In this document: piece after piece, positions 52,086 to 64,000 of the stretch
How the letters are laid out: each line of letters begins with the position of its first letter
Numbering within the stretch: position 1 is the first letter of the stretch
From: Octopus sinensis
Lineage: Eukaryota
Direction: 5' to 3'
Assembly (NCBI RefSeq): GCF_006345805.1
Contig: NC_043006.1
Location: 868,001 to 932,000 of the forward strand
DNA length: 64,000 nt
Program-made: the position numbers and the translations under genes
Notes under the pieces: generated by a model
Seen by the model: the letters and a program-made list of their open reading frames with translations, nothing else
Databases searched by the model: none
What the model was told of the DNA's origin: nothing

Positions 52086-52699
52086 CATATACACATATTG
52101 TATGCACACACAATCGCACACACTCATGTATTTCTATGTAAATGTATGTGTGTGTGCGTGTGTGCGTGCGTGTGTGTGTGCGCGCGCATATTTAAAGCTA
52201 GAAAACTAAGTGAAAGCATTTTACAGCTCTAAAAGAAATATAAACGGTTAAGTAACATCTTCAGCAGAGAACTCGATTAGATTCTACTTTCCTAAAACAG
52301 AAAGCAACAGAAAGCAGTACATCTTAGAATGCCAAGTGATGATTCGTGTTGAGGTTTGTCTTTAATAATGCTGTTCTGCTTGTCACCACGTTTGTCTGCT
52401 CGAGTGTTTCGTTTTAAAATGCCTTCATTATTGATTGCAAACGAAGACACAATCGAAATCTTTAACTGTTCATGACATGTTACGCGTCAAAGTAGACGGA
52501 AGAAAGTTGGTGAATAGTGGAGTTTCTATAGGTTACGTAAGTACAGTATTAGGTATCTGCTCATGGCAACTATTTAATATATTCACTGAAATATTTACTT
52601 AGAATATCTTAATATGTTTTATTGATATTTAGCAGAAGCAACAAAGTAATTCGTGGGTCGAGAGTTTCGTTTTGAGAAGTAGCAACGCATGAAACCAGA

Positions 52700-52810
52700 C
52701 TTTAGATAAGTACTAGGGCTGAGAAGGGAGCGTTTTGCTCAACTAAACACTTCATAGCGGCGCTCCAGCCTAGCCGCAGTCCAATGGCTGAATGCAAGTA
52801 AAAGATAATG
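52700..52810 (+). mobile_element. SINE family B 3' fragment
   Basis: GATAAGTACTAGG..GCGGCGCTCCAGC..GCCGCAGTC..GCAAGTAAAAGA. Confidence 0.55.
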
Positions 52811-53991
52811 GCATTTTTAATTGTTCGATAGTTTTATCCTAGTCTTTTTAAAAGCTATAGGTTTTGAGACTTAAATGTTAAACGCAGCCACAGGAAGAAA
52901 TGCGAGTGAATAAACAAAAGGAAAAAACCGCAAATTCTTAACACACTCGTTCAGTTCAGCTTTAATGTGTTTGGTTATTGACAGAGTTTCTCTTTAGAAT
53001 TATAGTATTTCGATAAATGCTATTAAATCAAGCTTCTCAGTGATATTGTCACAGAGATAAGCAGTGATATGTATTGTATTATATCAACTTCACCTGCCAC
53101 TATTACAGACAATACTACCACTTGCAGCATCACCACAATCTCTTTAGAATTACAGTAACACAAGCTGCGCGTGAGTATCGCTTCTTTATCGCAGTAACAA
53201 CCTGCAGCACAGTATAACTCTTTTTATCGACTAAGCATTTCCTTGCTTATATTTGCGTGTCTTTTAGTTCTGCCTCCCACATAGACAGACACAGAAGAAC
53301 AAAAGACGCTGCCAGCTGTCGTTTAGTCTCTATGGATTTCGCTTCATTTGAAACCAGTACGATTATATTTTGGTTTACCCTTGAAATAATCGCTTTTTAA
53401 AAAAAAAAAAAACTATAACAAAGGAAGAAAAGAAAATTAAACTAAAAAATAACCAATCAATCATTGGCAATGATAACAATGGCGGATAAGAATAACAGAA
53501 GTGAAAGAAAGGGAGGGAAAAGACAAAAATATATATAGAGAGAAATAATCAAAGAATACAGCAAAACAGATGCATTCTGAATTAGGCTGGAAAAGAAATA
53601 CGATATGAGGATGTAAAAATCGATTTTAGATCAAAATCTGGTCGATTGATTAATATTGCCAATAATAAAAAAAAAATGTTGGAACGCATTTGCTTGTATG
53701 CTCCAGTTATTTGAGTTTGACATTTGAAAGAAATGCGTCAGAAGAAGCTATGAATAGGAAAGTAGCGGATAGTTTATTCAGACATGATTATTGTTTGGAG
53801 TAGGGTCTTTGAATAGTCGGAATTGAAAAAGAAATCTTGAAAATGAGCATTCAGTAGAAGAAGGAGTTATTTGCAATAAAATGTGTGCGTATGTTTGCAT
53901 CATGCTATATATAATTATACACATACTTATACACACACATGTATATATATATATATTATATATATATATAAATTAATAAATAAATAAATAA

Positions 53992-54034
<43 letters not shown>

Positions 54035-54764
54035 CATATATACATGCGTATATATAAACTTAGACTTAGATATGTTTCGACTAAAGATTGGTCCAGGCCA
54101 TGTCTAACTTAATAGCACTTAATAGCACCATATATATGGATTACGTACACACACACATTCCCAAACACACAGAGGCACACACACACATATATAAAGAGAA
54201 ATGTTTAAAAGTGTGGACCTGAAACGAATAGGGGAACTGGTAAATGTAAGTGTTATATAATAGATATTAAATCTATTATAGACCACAATTATATCCACGT
54301 CTAACACTGAGATACTAAACACAGACACACGCACACATATACACATATGTATGTGAAAATGATTGTGTGAAACAATAATAAAGATATAGAATCCAAATTG
54401 CTCCACACATGCTGTGAATTTGCTTCAAGATTCCTAGCACGAGTAAGCATCTGCGTCACGACTTTAATCATACTTTGAAATGTATTTAATGGAGTCAACT
54501 ATATTCCTTTCCTTGTGCAGCCTTAATCTATGATAAGCGAAGTATCTATGTTATTCGTAGTCGATAATCCGATGCACAAGAAGCACAGGAGACACAAATA
54601 CGGACACGTCGCATAACTATTGATATATAAACTTCTTCATTGTCTTTTAAAGATATCCACCATCTGTTGGATTCCTGTACCTGGAGAGTTTGCTATCATA
54701 TGGAGTGAGACAGAGCAGCCATCTTTCCCAACCTTTAGCACAAATGAAGTTCTAAAAAAAAATT

Positions 54765-54915
54765 CCCTCGGCGGCACTCTGTCGGTCACGACGACGAGGA
54801 TTCCAGTTGATCCGGTCAACGGAACAGACACGCGTACTCTTATCATAGTTCCCTGGGAAATTCAACATGACACAGAATGTGACAAGGCTGGGCTTTAAAA
54901 TACAGGTGCTGGCTC
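54765..54915 (-). mobile_element. Fragment of a third SINE family (3' part)
   Basis: CGGCACTCTGTCGGTCACGACGACGAGGATTCCAGTTGATCCGGTCAACGGAACAG..GTGACAAGGCTGG recognised from memory as an abundant cephalopod SINE. Single copy here. Confidence 0.4.
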
Positions 54916-55679
54916 TGTGGTATATGGCGCTGAGGACGGTACTCAGTTCTAGACAATAAGAAAACCGAAAGCAAAATATACCGGCCTAGGTGAAACTAAC
55001 TTTAAAAAAGATATGTCACCAACCAGCCTATGGTGGAATGTCTTAAAAATGACATGCTACCAATCTTTACGGCACATAGATATGAAGACGACCACTAAAC
55101 AAGCTAGCTACATATAGAACCTAACGGCCAAAAATGCTTCACACATTATTAAGTGTAGCGTCATTGAATGATATACGCAATACGTTAATGGGTGAAGGAG
55201 GTGCAGGCTTTGCTTAACAGAAAGAATTCATATCCTTTCTGAATCTAATAACTATACCGACATAATGAACTCTAGGTCCGATATTTTCACAACATACAAA
55301 ATTTCGAAAAGTTCCTATTATCGAACTGGCGAACACAACCCTCTCCGAGTAAGGTATTTAGTCGCACAAACTTTAACCTTTCACCATCGATTTAACCACA
55401 CCGAACACTGTTAGTTCCTATTGTAACAGATGCAAGAACTACAACTCTTATCTCACTTACTCCATACTTTCCTTTCTTAGTTTCCTTCGTTCATTTACTC
55501 TTTCTCTCTCTCTTTCTCGTTCTTTCTTGCTTTTTCACAGAGAGCAGTCATGTTGTATTTTGAGTCTGAAAGACTGCAGGATAGTACACACTCACGATAT
55601 ACAAGTTTGTCCAAGTACAGTACCATGATAGCATGAAAAGTGTAGTAGGTCATATTTAAATACTGTATTTATTATTATT

Positions 55680-56072
55680 GAGTGAAAGAGCAGCGCATGC
55701 CATCAAAGTGACACTGGGGTAGAATATACGAAGCCCAGTATACCTATCATGACTACCCAGCTGATAAGGGTACACCAGGCACATGCATCAAAACAATATG
55801 CTCGTAACATGGTCTCATATCAAAATAAACATCGCATGACCATGCAGATGGGGCCTAGTTAAAATTTTCTTCAGCCCATCCCACTCAAAAGATCCCTAAA
55901 TAATGGTTAAGGATGTTAAACGAAACAGTGGGGATTTTATTGAAACCCCAAAGGATTCCTCTCAACACATGGCTACGATGCTCCCCCACTACTCCTGCTC
56001 GTGATCAGAGATACACATATCGTCAGTCACTAAGGGACATGCTTACCTGGTTAAGATCAAGCAAGTGATAAG

Positions 56073-56073
<1 letters not shown>
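55680..56073 (-). mobile_element. Second copy of the 1457-1990 repeat (5'-truncated)
   Basis: The reverse complement aligns to ~1575-1990 and ends in a short (AAT)n. Confidence 0.75.
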
Positions 56074-56140
<67 letters not shown>

Positions 56141-56275
56141 CCTGTGCTTCTTGTTTATTTCACCAATAGCGAAAAAGTACACTATATATATATATATATA
56201 TATATATGAATGTTATGTACGTATGTATGTATGTATGTGTGTAAGTATGTATGTATGTATGTAGTATGTATGTAT

Positions 56276-56347
56276 GTGCAGATTTGTATGTTTTATATAT
56301 GTATTCTCATGCATATAGTTACATATCTAGACATACTCATATATATT
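56276..56347 (-). mobile_element. 3' UTR-only copy of the (TACA)n-associated RLE LINE
   Basis: Matches the reverse complement of ~23675-23746; (TACA)n tail at 56218-56275. Confidence 0.75.
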
Positions 56348-56427
56348 CAGTTTATTTCAAGATTTCTTTCCAATAGAGAAAGAACCGGTTTCTAACCTTC
56401 ATTGGAATTTCAACATCAACAACAGAG

Positions 56428-56461
<34 letters not shown>

Positions 56462-56474
56462 TGTATGTATGTAT

Positions 56475-56713
56475 GTGCAGATTTGTATGTTTTATATATG
56501 TATTCTCATGCATATAGTTACATATCTAGACATACTCATATATATTTAAACGATATAATTCTGGAAAGTTTTACAGATTTTTACAGTTCCAATGATAGAT
56601 TGGATTTGTAGTCTTCGAATTAGCTTTCCCCTTTCTGGTTTAGAGAAGTCTAATTTCTCAAGATTGGTATTTAGGCAGGTATGCTACCTGTCCCAGGGCC
56701 CCCATAATCACAG
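56475..56713 (-). mobile_element. 5'-truncated copy of the (TACA)n-associated RLE LINE
   Basis: Encodes [26 protein letters not shown] plus the 3' UTR. (TACA)n at 56430-56474 (tail) and 56714-56760 (5' flank). Confidence 0.85.
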
Positions 56714-56754
56714 ATATATGTATGTATGTATATATATATGTGTTTGTATGTATG

Positions 56755-56844
<90 letters not shown>

Positions 56845-57480
56845 AGCATATATGCATATATATAACTCAAAGATTATATTAATCTTATGAAGGGATGGTA
56901 TCATCCAAGGAAATTCTGGTTCAATGTCTCATATTTTGTGGGATGGTTAATATCCATAAAAAATAGGTTTATATACAAACCATGGTTTATAATCATAGAA
57001 ATGGATAAGAAAATGGAGTTATCGAAGTTAATAAAAGTTTATTATCAGCAAAAAAAATCGATCATTATCCCTTACAGCTGTTTCAATTAATCTCAGTGAA
57101 ATTTTATAATTATCGAAATCATATTTCTGAGCTTAATCTTTTAAGAGGGAGGTTGAATATACCCTTAGATATTTTGTGTTTGTCATTTGAATCACTACGG
57201 CAGACTGAATTATTCTGTTTATTATTAGTAATGGTATGTGTCTAGGCGAGTGGGTGACAGGTTTGTTATGGGTAAGATATAGTATGCAAATATAATTAGG
57301 GTAATGAAGAATAAGTAAATAGGGATCAAAAATTAAATTACAATGTGAATAAAGTATGATATGAATGAGGTGAGGAACTAATTTACATTTGTAGGTTGTA
57401 TATAAAAACTGAGAAAGGCATATCTATACATAAACATTCACTCATCTTTACTATCATGCGATCATACATTTATTTGTAAA

Positions 57481-57876
57481 CTAGCAGTATCGCCCGGCGT
57501 TGCTCGGGTTGTAAGGGAAATAACTATATAAGCATTTTTAGAGAGTTATAGCCAAAAAATAGCAAAAAATGCATTAAAAATTTAAAAAAAATTAAGGTAA
57601 ATTTTTTTTTAAATCGTTGACACATCTAGATATTTTTAGAGAGTTACTTCCCTTATATAAAAGCGAAAAAAATGCATTAAAATGGAAAAATATGATGGTA
57701 AATTTTTTTTAAATCGTCGACTCATCGTAGACGCGCGCTAATACCCAGAAGGGCTTGATATGAATCACGACTATAAGATACTTGGATACTTTGGTTAAAC
57801 TGCACCGCAAAATGTGGGAGTAGTTAGGAATCTAAATCGTAGGAGACAGACACACAACTTCACTCTTATATAAAGA
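57481..57876 (-). mobile_element. Non-autonomous Helitron (~396 bp), same family as 51558-51954
   Basis: Minus strand A|TC...CCCGAGCAACGCCGGG..CTAG|T. Confidence 0.9.
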
Positions 57877-59210
57877 TGCTTTTTTTTTCAGTCATAGAGT
57901 TAGATTTATGAAGGTCTTCAGTAGAAAATCCTTCGAATTCTGACTCGCTGCTTCATATAATGAAATTCGTATCCATTTTTTGTCAGAATTACAAATTTTG
58001 AAAACACAATAGGAACAAATTTCGGAAAAAAATCTCCCATAATTCACGGAATTAAAATTACACTTCGATTATTGTACAAAACTGTAGTTGAAGTATTTAC
58101 GAAGTATAATACGTGTTTTCACGAATGTACTAAATAGATTTGCTCTGATATTCTCATTTAAATATGAATAGGTAAATTCGGGCGGTTTGGTAACGAAAGG
58201 GTTAAACGGATGCATACATTTATTAATCTCTTATTATAATAACTATATATAAGTGTCGTCTGTTTATACATAAACACTGTTTCATACTGCAATTATACAT
58301 ACATATATCTATATATAATATTATATAATAAAATATATACAGAGTAAAATAAAAAACAATTTACCTTTTCTGTATTGTTATAGAAATTCCACCGTCCGTG
58401 TGTCTTTGCAAATGTGTTGGAATGATAAGTGAGTTGTGTTTTGGCGCCTTTTTTTACTAATAACAAACACACACGTGTTTGTATGTAGTTGTTTGAAACG
58501 TTTCACATATGTATGTGTATGCGTGTGTGTGAGGAATGACACACACACACTCACGCACGCACACATGTACATCAATGCTTTCGGAGTGATATGTTAAAAT
58601 ATTGAGTTTTCTCGAATTTTGTCTTAATTGGTGGTAAAATTGAAAGAAATTTTTTATGGCATCACCCACTGAAGTACTCTGAAAAATCATGGGTACACTC
58701 TAATTGAAGAAATTGTGTGAGGAGTAAATCGTTATGTATTTATTTGTTTCTGTTTGCTGTGTTTTTTTTATTTTTTGAGTAGTGGTTAAAATACTTTCAG
58801 TTTAGTCTTCCTCAAATCACTCTGTCGCTATTTACTTTCATTTTATTCGTTGCACACTGTGTGTGTGCGTTTGCGTGTGGTGTAAACCACATTAAGAAAA
58901 GCATTTGACATACACACCAGAATGTGAGTTTTCTGTAAATTTTGCTTAATTGGAGTTTAAATTTTAAAAACTGGACCTGGCATGACCCGATGCATTCTAC
59001 TCTTAAAAATGCTAGGTAAATTGTAATTGAAGAAATCCTATATTGTAGATTTCTATAAGTTACGAAGGGAGGCAGATAAAATCTGCCTTTTATAATAAGA
59101 GATGCCTTATATATACATATATACACACATACATGTGAAAATATATGCATATATGCATTTATACATGCATATATACATATATACATGCATATATATACAT
59201 ACTCATATAC

Positions 59211-59251
<41 letters not shown>

Positions 59252-59439
59252 AAAAAGGAGATGTGGAACACGAGTTGTGATATGAGGATAAGAGGAAAAA
59301 TCTATCAGAAAGTAACTCTATCTCTCTTAAAAAAACATCATTTGATAAGCATAACAAATGCGCAACCGGTAAAAAGAACTTTCACCTAATTAAATTACTT
59401 AAATTACTTAAATTATTTTGTCAGCATTTTCTTCATTTC

Positions 59440-59507
<68 letters not shown>

Positions 59508-59521
59508 ATATATATTATATA

Positions 59522-59554
<33 letters not shown>

Positions 59555-59797
59555 CATACATACATACATACAAACACATATACACATACATACATATTCA
59601 TATATATGCAATATATATTCCTACGAATGCACATTTATACTCATGTACACACATATATACACATATATATAAGCACACATACATTGATATACGTAAAAGC
59701 ATTAAACAGCATTCACGTTGACGTAGATTTTTCATGTACAAACATGTACACACACTTTCTCATATATGTATATGTATATGTATTGATTATATATATA

Positions 59798-59834
<37 letters not shown>

Positions 59835-59955
59835 TATCATCCACGGATTTTTACCTTTTATTGGTCTACATCAAAATTAAGTCATTAAGACAGTGCTTTG
59901 AGCCATTTGAGCTGTTTTAACTCTTCTTTGTAGTCAATGGTGGTGCTTATGTACA

Positions 59956-59994
<39 letters not shown>

Positions 59995-60066
59995 AAAAAA
60001 CGTTAAGACAACAAAAGAAAGAAAGAGACCTCGATATTATGGAAATAGAGGAATTTATCTGTAAAA

Positions 60067-60227
60067 GTAATATGTGACAATTATTCGGTAGCCATGATAA
60101 AACTCCGAGTTTCGGATGCCGAGGTGGAAATCCACGCCGCCATCTCTTCAGTTATTCGCCAGATTTCCACCTCGGCATCCGAAACTCGGAGTTTTATCAT
60201 GGCAACCGAATAATTGTCACATATTAC
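60067..60227. repeat. 66-bp near-perfect inverted repeat with a 29-nt spacer (Penelope-type terminal fragment with inversion)
   Basis: 60067-60132 versus the reverse complement of 60162-60227: one mismatch. Confidence 0.92.
60096..60157 (-). ncRNA. Type I hammerhead ribozyme motif
   Basis: Minus strand: GAATAA-CTGAAGA-GATG..CATCC-GAA-ACTCGGAGT-T-TTATC. Intact CUGANGA and GAAA core. Confidence 0.65.
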
Positions 60228-60230
60228 ATT

Positions 60231-60328
<98 letters not shown>

Positions 60329-60820
60329 CTCACACGCACATATACATACATATACATATACACACATACACATATGTATATTCACGTATACATACACATA
60401 TACATGTGTATAATCATACACACGAACATGTATACGCATACAGATATATACCTACGTGCATATATGTAAACATATTTACGCTATCAATTGATCATCCCTA
60501 ATTAAAAAGTGAAATTGTTCGCTTGCGATCAGTTGAAATATGATTGCTTAATGGAATTATGATTTGGTTTCAAAAGAAATGGCGTGTCAAGCGAATTTAG
60601 ATACGTCAACGTTTTATTTAGATTAATTTGTAATAAAGGGTTAAACCTTTATCATTACGTTCAATTAAGCTATTCTGATGTATATATATCACAAGAAAAT
60701 GAATCAGTTTAATGTTAAATCAAAATAAAATAGAAAAATGCACATATGCGTATATATAAAACAAATTAAATGAGTGGCTTTTTAGCAAATTGAACCCCAG
60801 GGAAAAATTAAAAGAGGTCA

Positions 60821-61081
60821 CAAAAGTGACAAAGCACCACCATTGACTAGAAAGAAAAGTTAAAACAGCTCAAATGGCACAAAGCACTGTCTTAATGACT
60901 TAATTTTGATGTAGACCATTAAGATAGTCTATATCAAAATCCGAAATCGTCGATCCGACTACATATGCTGGGGACTTACCTCCCTTTGTCAGTCATTAAG
61001 ATAGTGCTTTGTGTCATTTGAGTTGCTTTAACTCATCTTTCTAGCAATAGTGGTGCTAGTCAGTACCCCCTGTCACTTTTG
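60821..61081. mobile_element. MITE-like element with long inverted arms; a solo arm lies at 59862-59948
   Basis: 60832-60918 is the reverse complement of 59862-59948 and, more loosely, of 60991-61057. CAAAAGTGACA/TGTCACTTTTG at the ends. Confidence 0.7.
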
Positions 61082-61125
61082 CAACCCTTGCTCTCTGTCT
61101 GTCTCTGTCTGTCTGTCTGTCGCTC

Positions 61126-61181
<56 letters not shown>

Positions 61182-61225
61182 GTATATTATATATATATAT
61201 GGCCACAGCTTGTGAGCTGAAACTA

Positions 61226-61270
<45 letters not shown>

Positions 61271-61534
61271 AATAATAATAATAATAAAGGATAAAAATCA
61301 TTAAAGATTTTTACCAGGTGGACAGCGCGGAAATCTGTTTATAATTATATACATAATTATGCCTCAAAACACACTGAAAAATAGACGTCAAAGGGCACTA
61401 TTACCACCATAAATTCTCCGAGAATAAACACACCACATAATAGGCTAGATGGTAATAGTGTCTTTTGACGTCTATTTTTCAGTGCGTGGTTAGACGCAAG
61501 CCAAGCCCTTTTTATAATTATGTATATAATCATA

Positions 61535-61565
<31 letters not shown>

Positions 61566-62489
61566 CACAGACATACGCACGCACACACAAGCGACATGGC
61601 TTATGTCTGGCGAGTTCAATTGGCTAGATATCGACCAGTACATGTCCATGGGCAAAATCCCATTTGTCTAAGGTGCAGATCGAACACGGAATCACGGATT
61701 TACAGCAAAGTGAAGTATTCTCTCATTTCATATATACATAGCACCAACCCCTGCATCCTTTGAAAACACTTCTATAGCCATTAATTTGTATTTGAATAAT
61801 ATAGTCAACAAAAATCAAATAACACGAATGATCAGTTAAATCTCTCAAAATATAATGGATTTTTTCCAGTCTCCTCACTCGATGGCTTCTGGAAAACAGT
61901 ATTTAATATCGTAATGATCTTCTACTCTCTCACTAGCAGCACTAACGGCACATTTATACATTGAAAAATCGATTCTTTCCGTGTATTTATTGCCAATCCT
62001 CGCTTCAAAATATCTATCATTTTGTTTTCACTGGTTTATTAAGTTCACCTGCTGATATTTCAATGGAATATTCGAGAACTTCGAATCGAATTTATATTTT
62101 TCATTGCAGTGGTGGATTCTTTGAAAACATCAATTACCGCCGTAAGTATGAATATATTGCCACCGTAATATATTCTTTCGTTCTTTTGTAGTTTTTAGAC
62201 ATCACGCGCACATGCATACACGCACATGCATACATGCACACATACATCAATGAACATGCGTTCAAACATGCAGAAACACAAATGCACGAGCGTACTTACG
62301 TATATGCAGACGTACATACATGCACACATGCACGCGTGCATACATGCTCGCATGCATACATGCACGCATACATACAAATATATATTTCTATATTCATACA
62401 TGAATATGACGGGTTTCCATAAAATTCCACTCAAAACTCTAAACAAGATAGCACTCGAGTCGAATCCCAAATTACAGTCCAACTGTCTG

Positions 62490-62940
62490 GCACGCAGGGA
62501 AACTGCCTTGTAGTATAGCTTCGGGCCGACCTAAGCTTGGCGAATGGATTTGGGAGACGGAAACTGAGAGAAGACTGTAGTATCTATATTTATATTTCTC
62601 GATGTATATGTGTGCGTGCGTGTGTGCGTGCGTGTGTGCGTGTGTGTGTGTGTGCGTGTGTGTGTGTGTGTGTGAACGTGTGTGTGCCTCTGTGTGTGTG
62701 TGTGTGTGTGTGCGTGAGTGTGTACCTTTGTGTCTGCGTTTGTTCCCTGTCACCGCTTTACACACGGTGTGGGTTTCTTTTCGTCTCCGTAAATGGCGGT
62801 TCAGCAAAATTGTCTGATAGAATAAGTACCAAACTTTTTAAAAAAGGTGCTGGGATCGATTCGTTCGACTAAAGAAACTTTCAAGGTGGTGCCCCAGCAG
62901 GGCCGCAGTCTGATGACTGAAACAAGTAAGTGATAAAAGT
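62490..62940 (+). mobile_element. SINE family B, older copy with expanded (TG)n
   Basis: TATAGCTTCGGGCCGACC..GGATTTGGGAGACGGAAACTGA..GATAGAATAAGTACC..GGCCGCAGTCTGATGACTGAAACAAGTAA. Confidence 0.75.
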
Positions 62941-63038
62941 TGAAAGATATTTATGTGCGTGCGTGTGTGCATACATATATACAAAGAGTGAGATAGAAAT
63001 ATGCATGTGTGCGTATATATATATATACACACACGCAC

Positions 63039-63114
<76 letters not shown>

Positions 63115-64000
63115 GACACGTACACACACACACACACAGAGAAACAGTCTTGCATTCACACCCATACACTTATTAATACGCACAATTCACAGAAAGGCGT
63201 ATTCCCTGTTATATCATGCTGCTATTTGTGCGCTTGCTTGGCTTTCATAAGTCAAGTCATGCTTGTTACAAGGAATCAATGCTATGCATTTTCCTTTACT
63301 TATTCTAATAATTCTCTTTTTATAACTATATCAACTTTATTTGCTCGCAGAAAACACTTAGTAATGTTATTATTATAGATAGGAAGCTCTATCCATTTCT
63401 CATTTCCATCGTTGAACAATCACTTATGCTATCATTCAAGCTGGAAATAGCTTTTGTTATTCTATAGTGATCATTTTGGAATTGCAGAGTAGGACAAAAT
63501 CTATTATCTAATTTCGCTTTCGTTTTCTTTCCTTTGAACGCCATTAATTCGCGCCTTAAGACGGTCATAGCGGCCATTACATTTGGTTAATGAATTGCAA
63601 CATAACAATGTCTCCGTGTTTGCTTTAAATTACATTGCTTCTCAGTGTAAGAAGACATTCTTCTAAGTAGAGAACCTGTAATAGTTACATGAATGTTAAA
63701 AGTAAAGATAGTGTTTGGTGCTGTATATTTGATCTAAATATCTGAATCTCAGATCATGCTAATGGACGTCATGACACAAGTATTATCCTCGTGAATCTTG
63801 ACAGAAATTTCTTGCAAATCGCTCAAAGACAATTTTCAGCCTTTCAGAAGTTTTCATTGTCCCTCAAATAAAAATCCCAAATTCCAAACATTCTTTTTGT
63901 GGGGACGATATGAGAGAAAGAGAATTGAAGAAAGAACGACAGCTCAAATAGTCGGAAAGAAAGCAATTATATAACCAATTCATACAGCAAACTAAAGATG

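Noticed and set aside
58603-58961. ~40-bp degenerate direct repeat (58603-58641 and 58925-58961)
   Set aside because: AT-rich, low identity, and no boundaries suggesting an element.

Overview
AT-rich eukaryotic DNA dense in microsatellites. The SINE families look like octopus (cephalopod) families, but that is recognition from memory and not a database check. I cannot support any host protein-coding exon, tRNA, rRNA or CRISPR array; most ORFs in the track are microsatellite translations (YIYI/MYVC/THTH/YLSI). The window is a stack of transposable elements: an end-to-end Helitron with RepHel (3139-7853), two ~400-bp non-autonomous Helitrons, a near full-length Tx1-clade LINE (31860-37966), restriction-like-endonuclease (RLE) LINE fragments of three families (R4/Dong-like, HERO-like and a (TACA)n-associated family), a deleted mariner, many SINEs and several fold-back/MITE elements. 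Main observations: (1) each retroelement family is bracketed on both sides by its own microsatellite: R4/Dong-like in (AAT)n, an RLE family in (TACA)n, Tx1 in (CTAT)n, and Helitrons/SINE-B mostly in (TA)n. (2) Two type I hammerhead-ribozyme motifs of the Penelope-associated kind, one inside a 65/66-bp inverted repeat. (3) An STPR-like 23-aa repeat array joined in frame to Rep motif 1 of the Helitron protein. (4) Most frameshifts in the long elements are 1-nt homopolymer losses, so the Tx1 element may be intact in the real genome.
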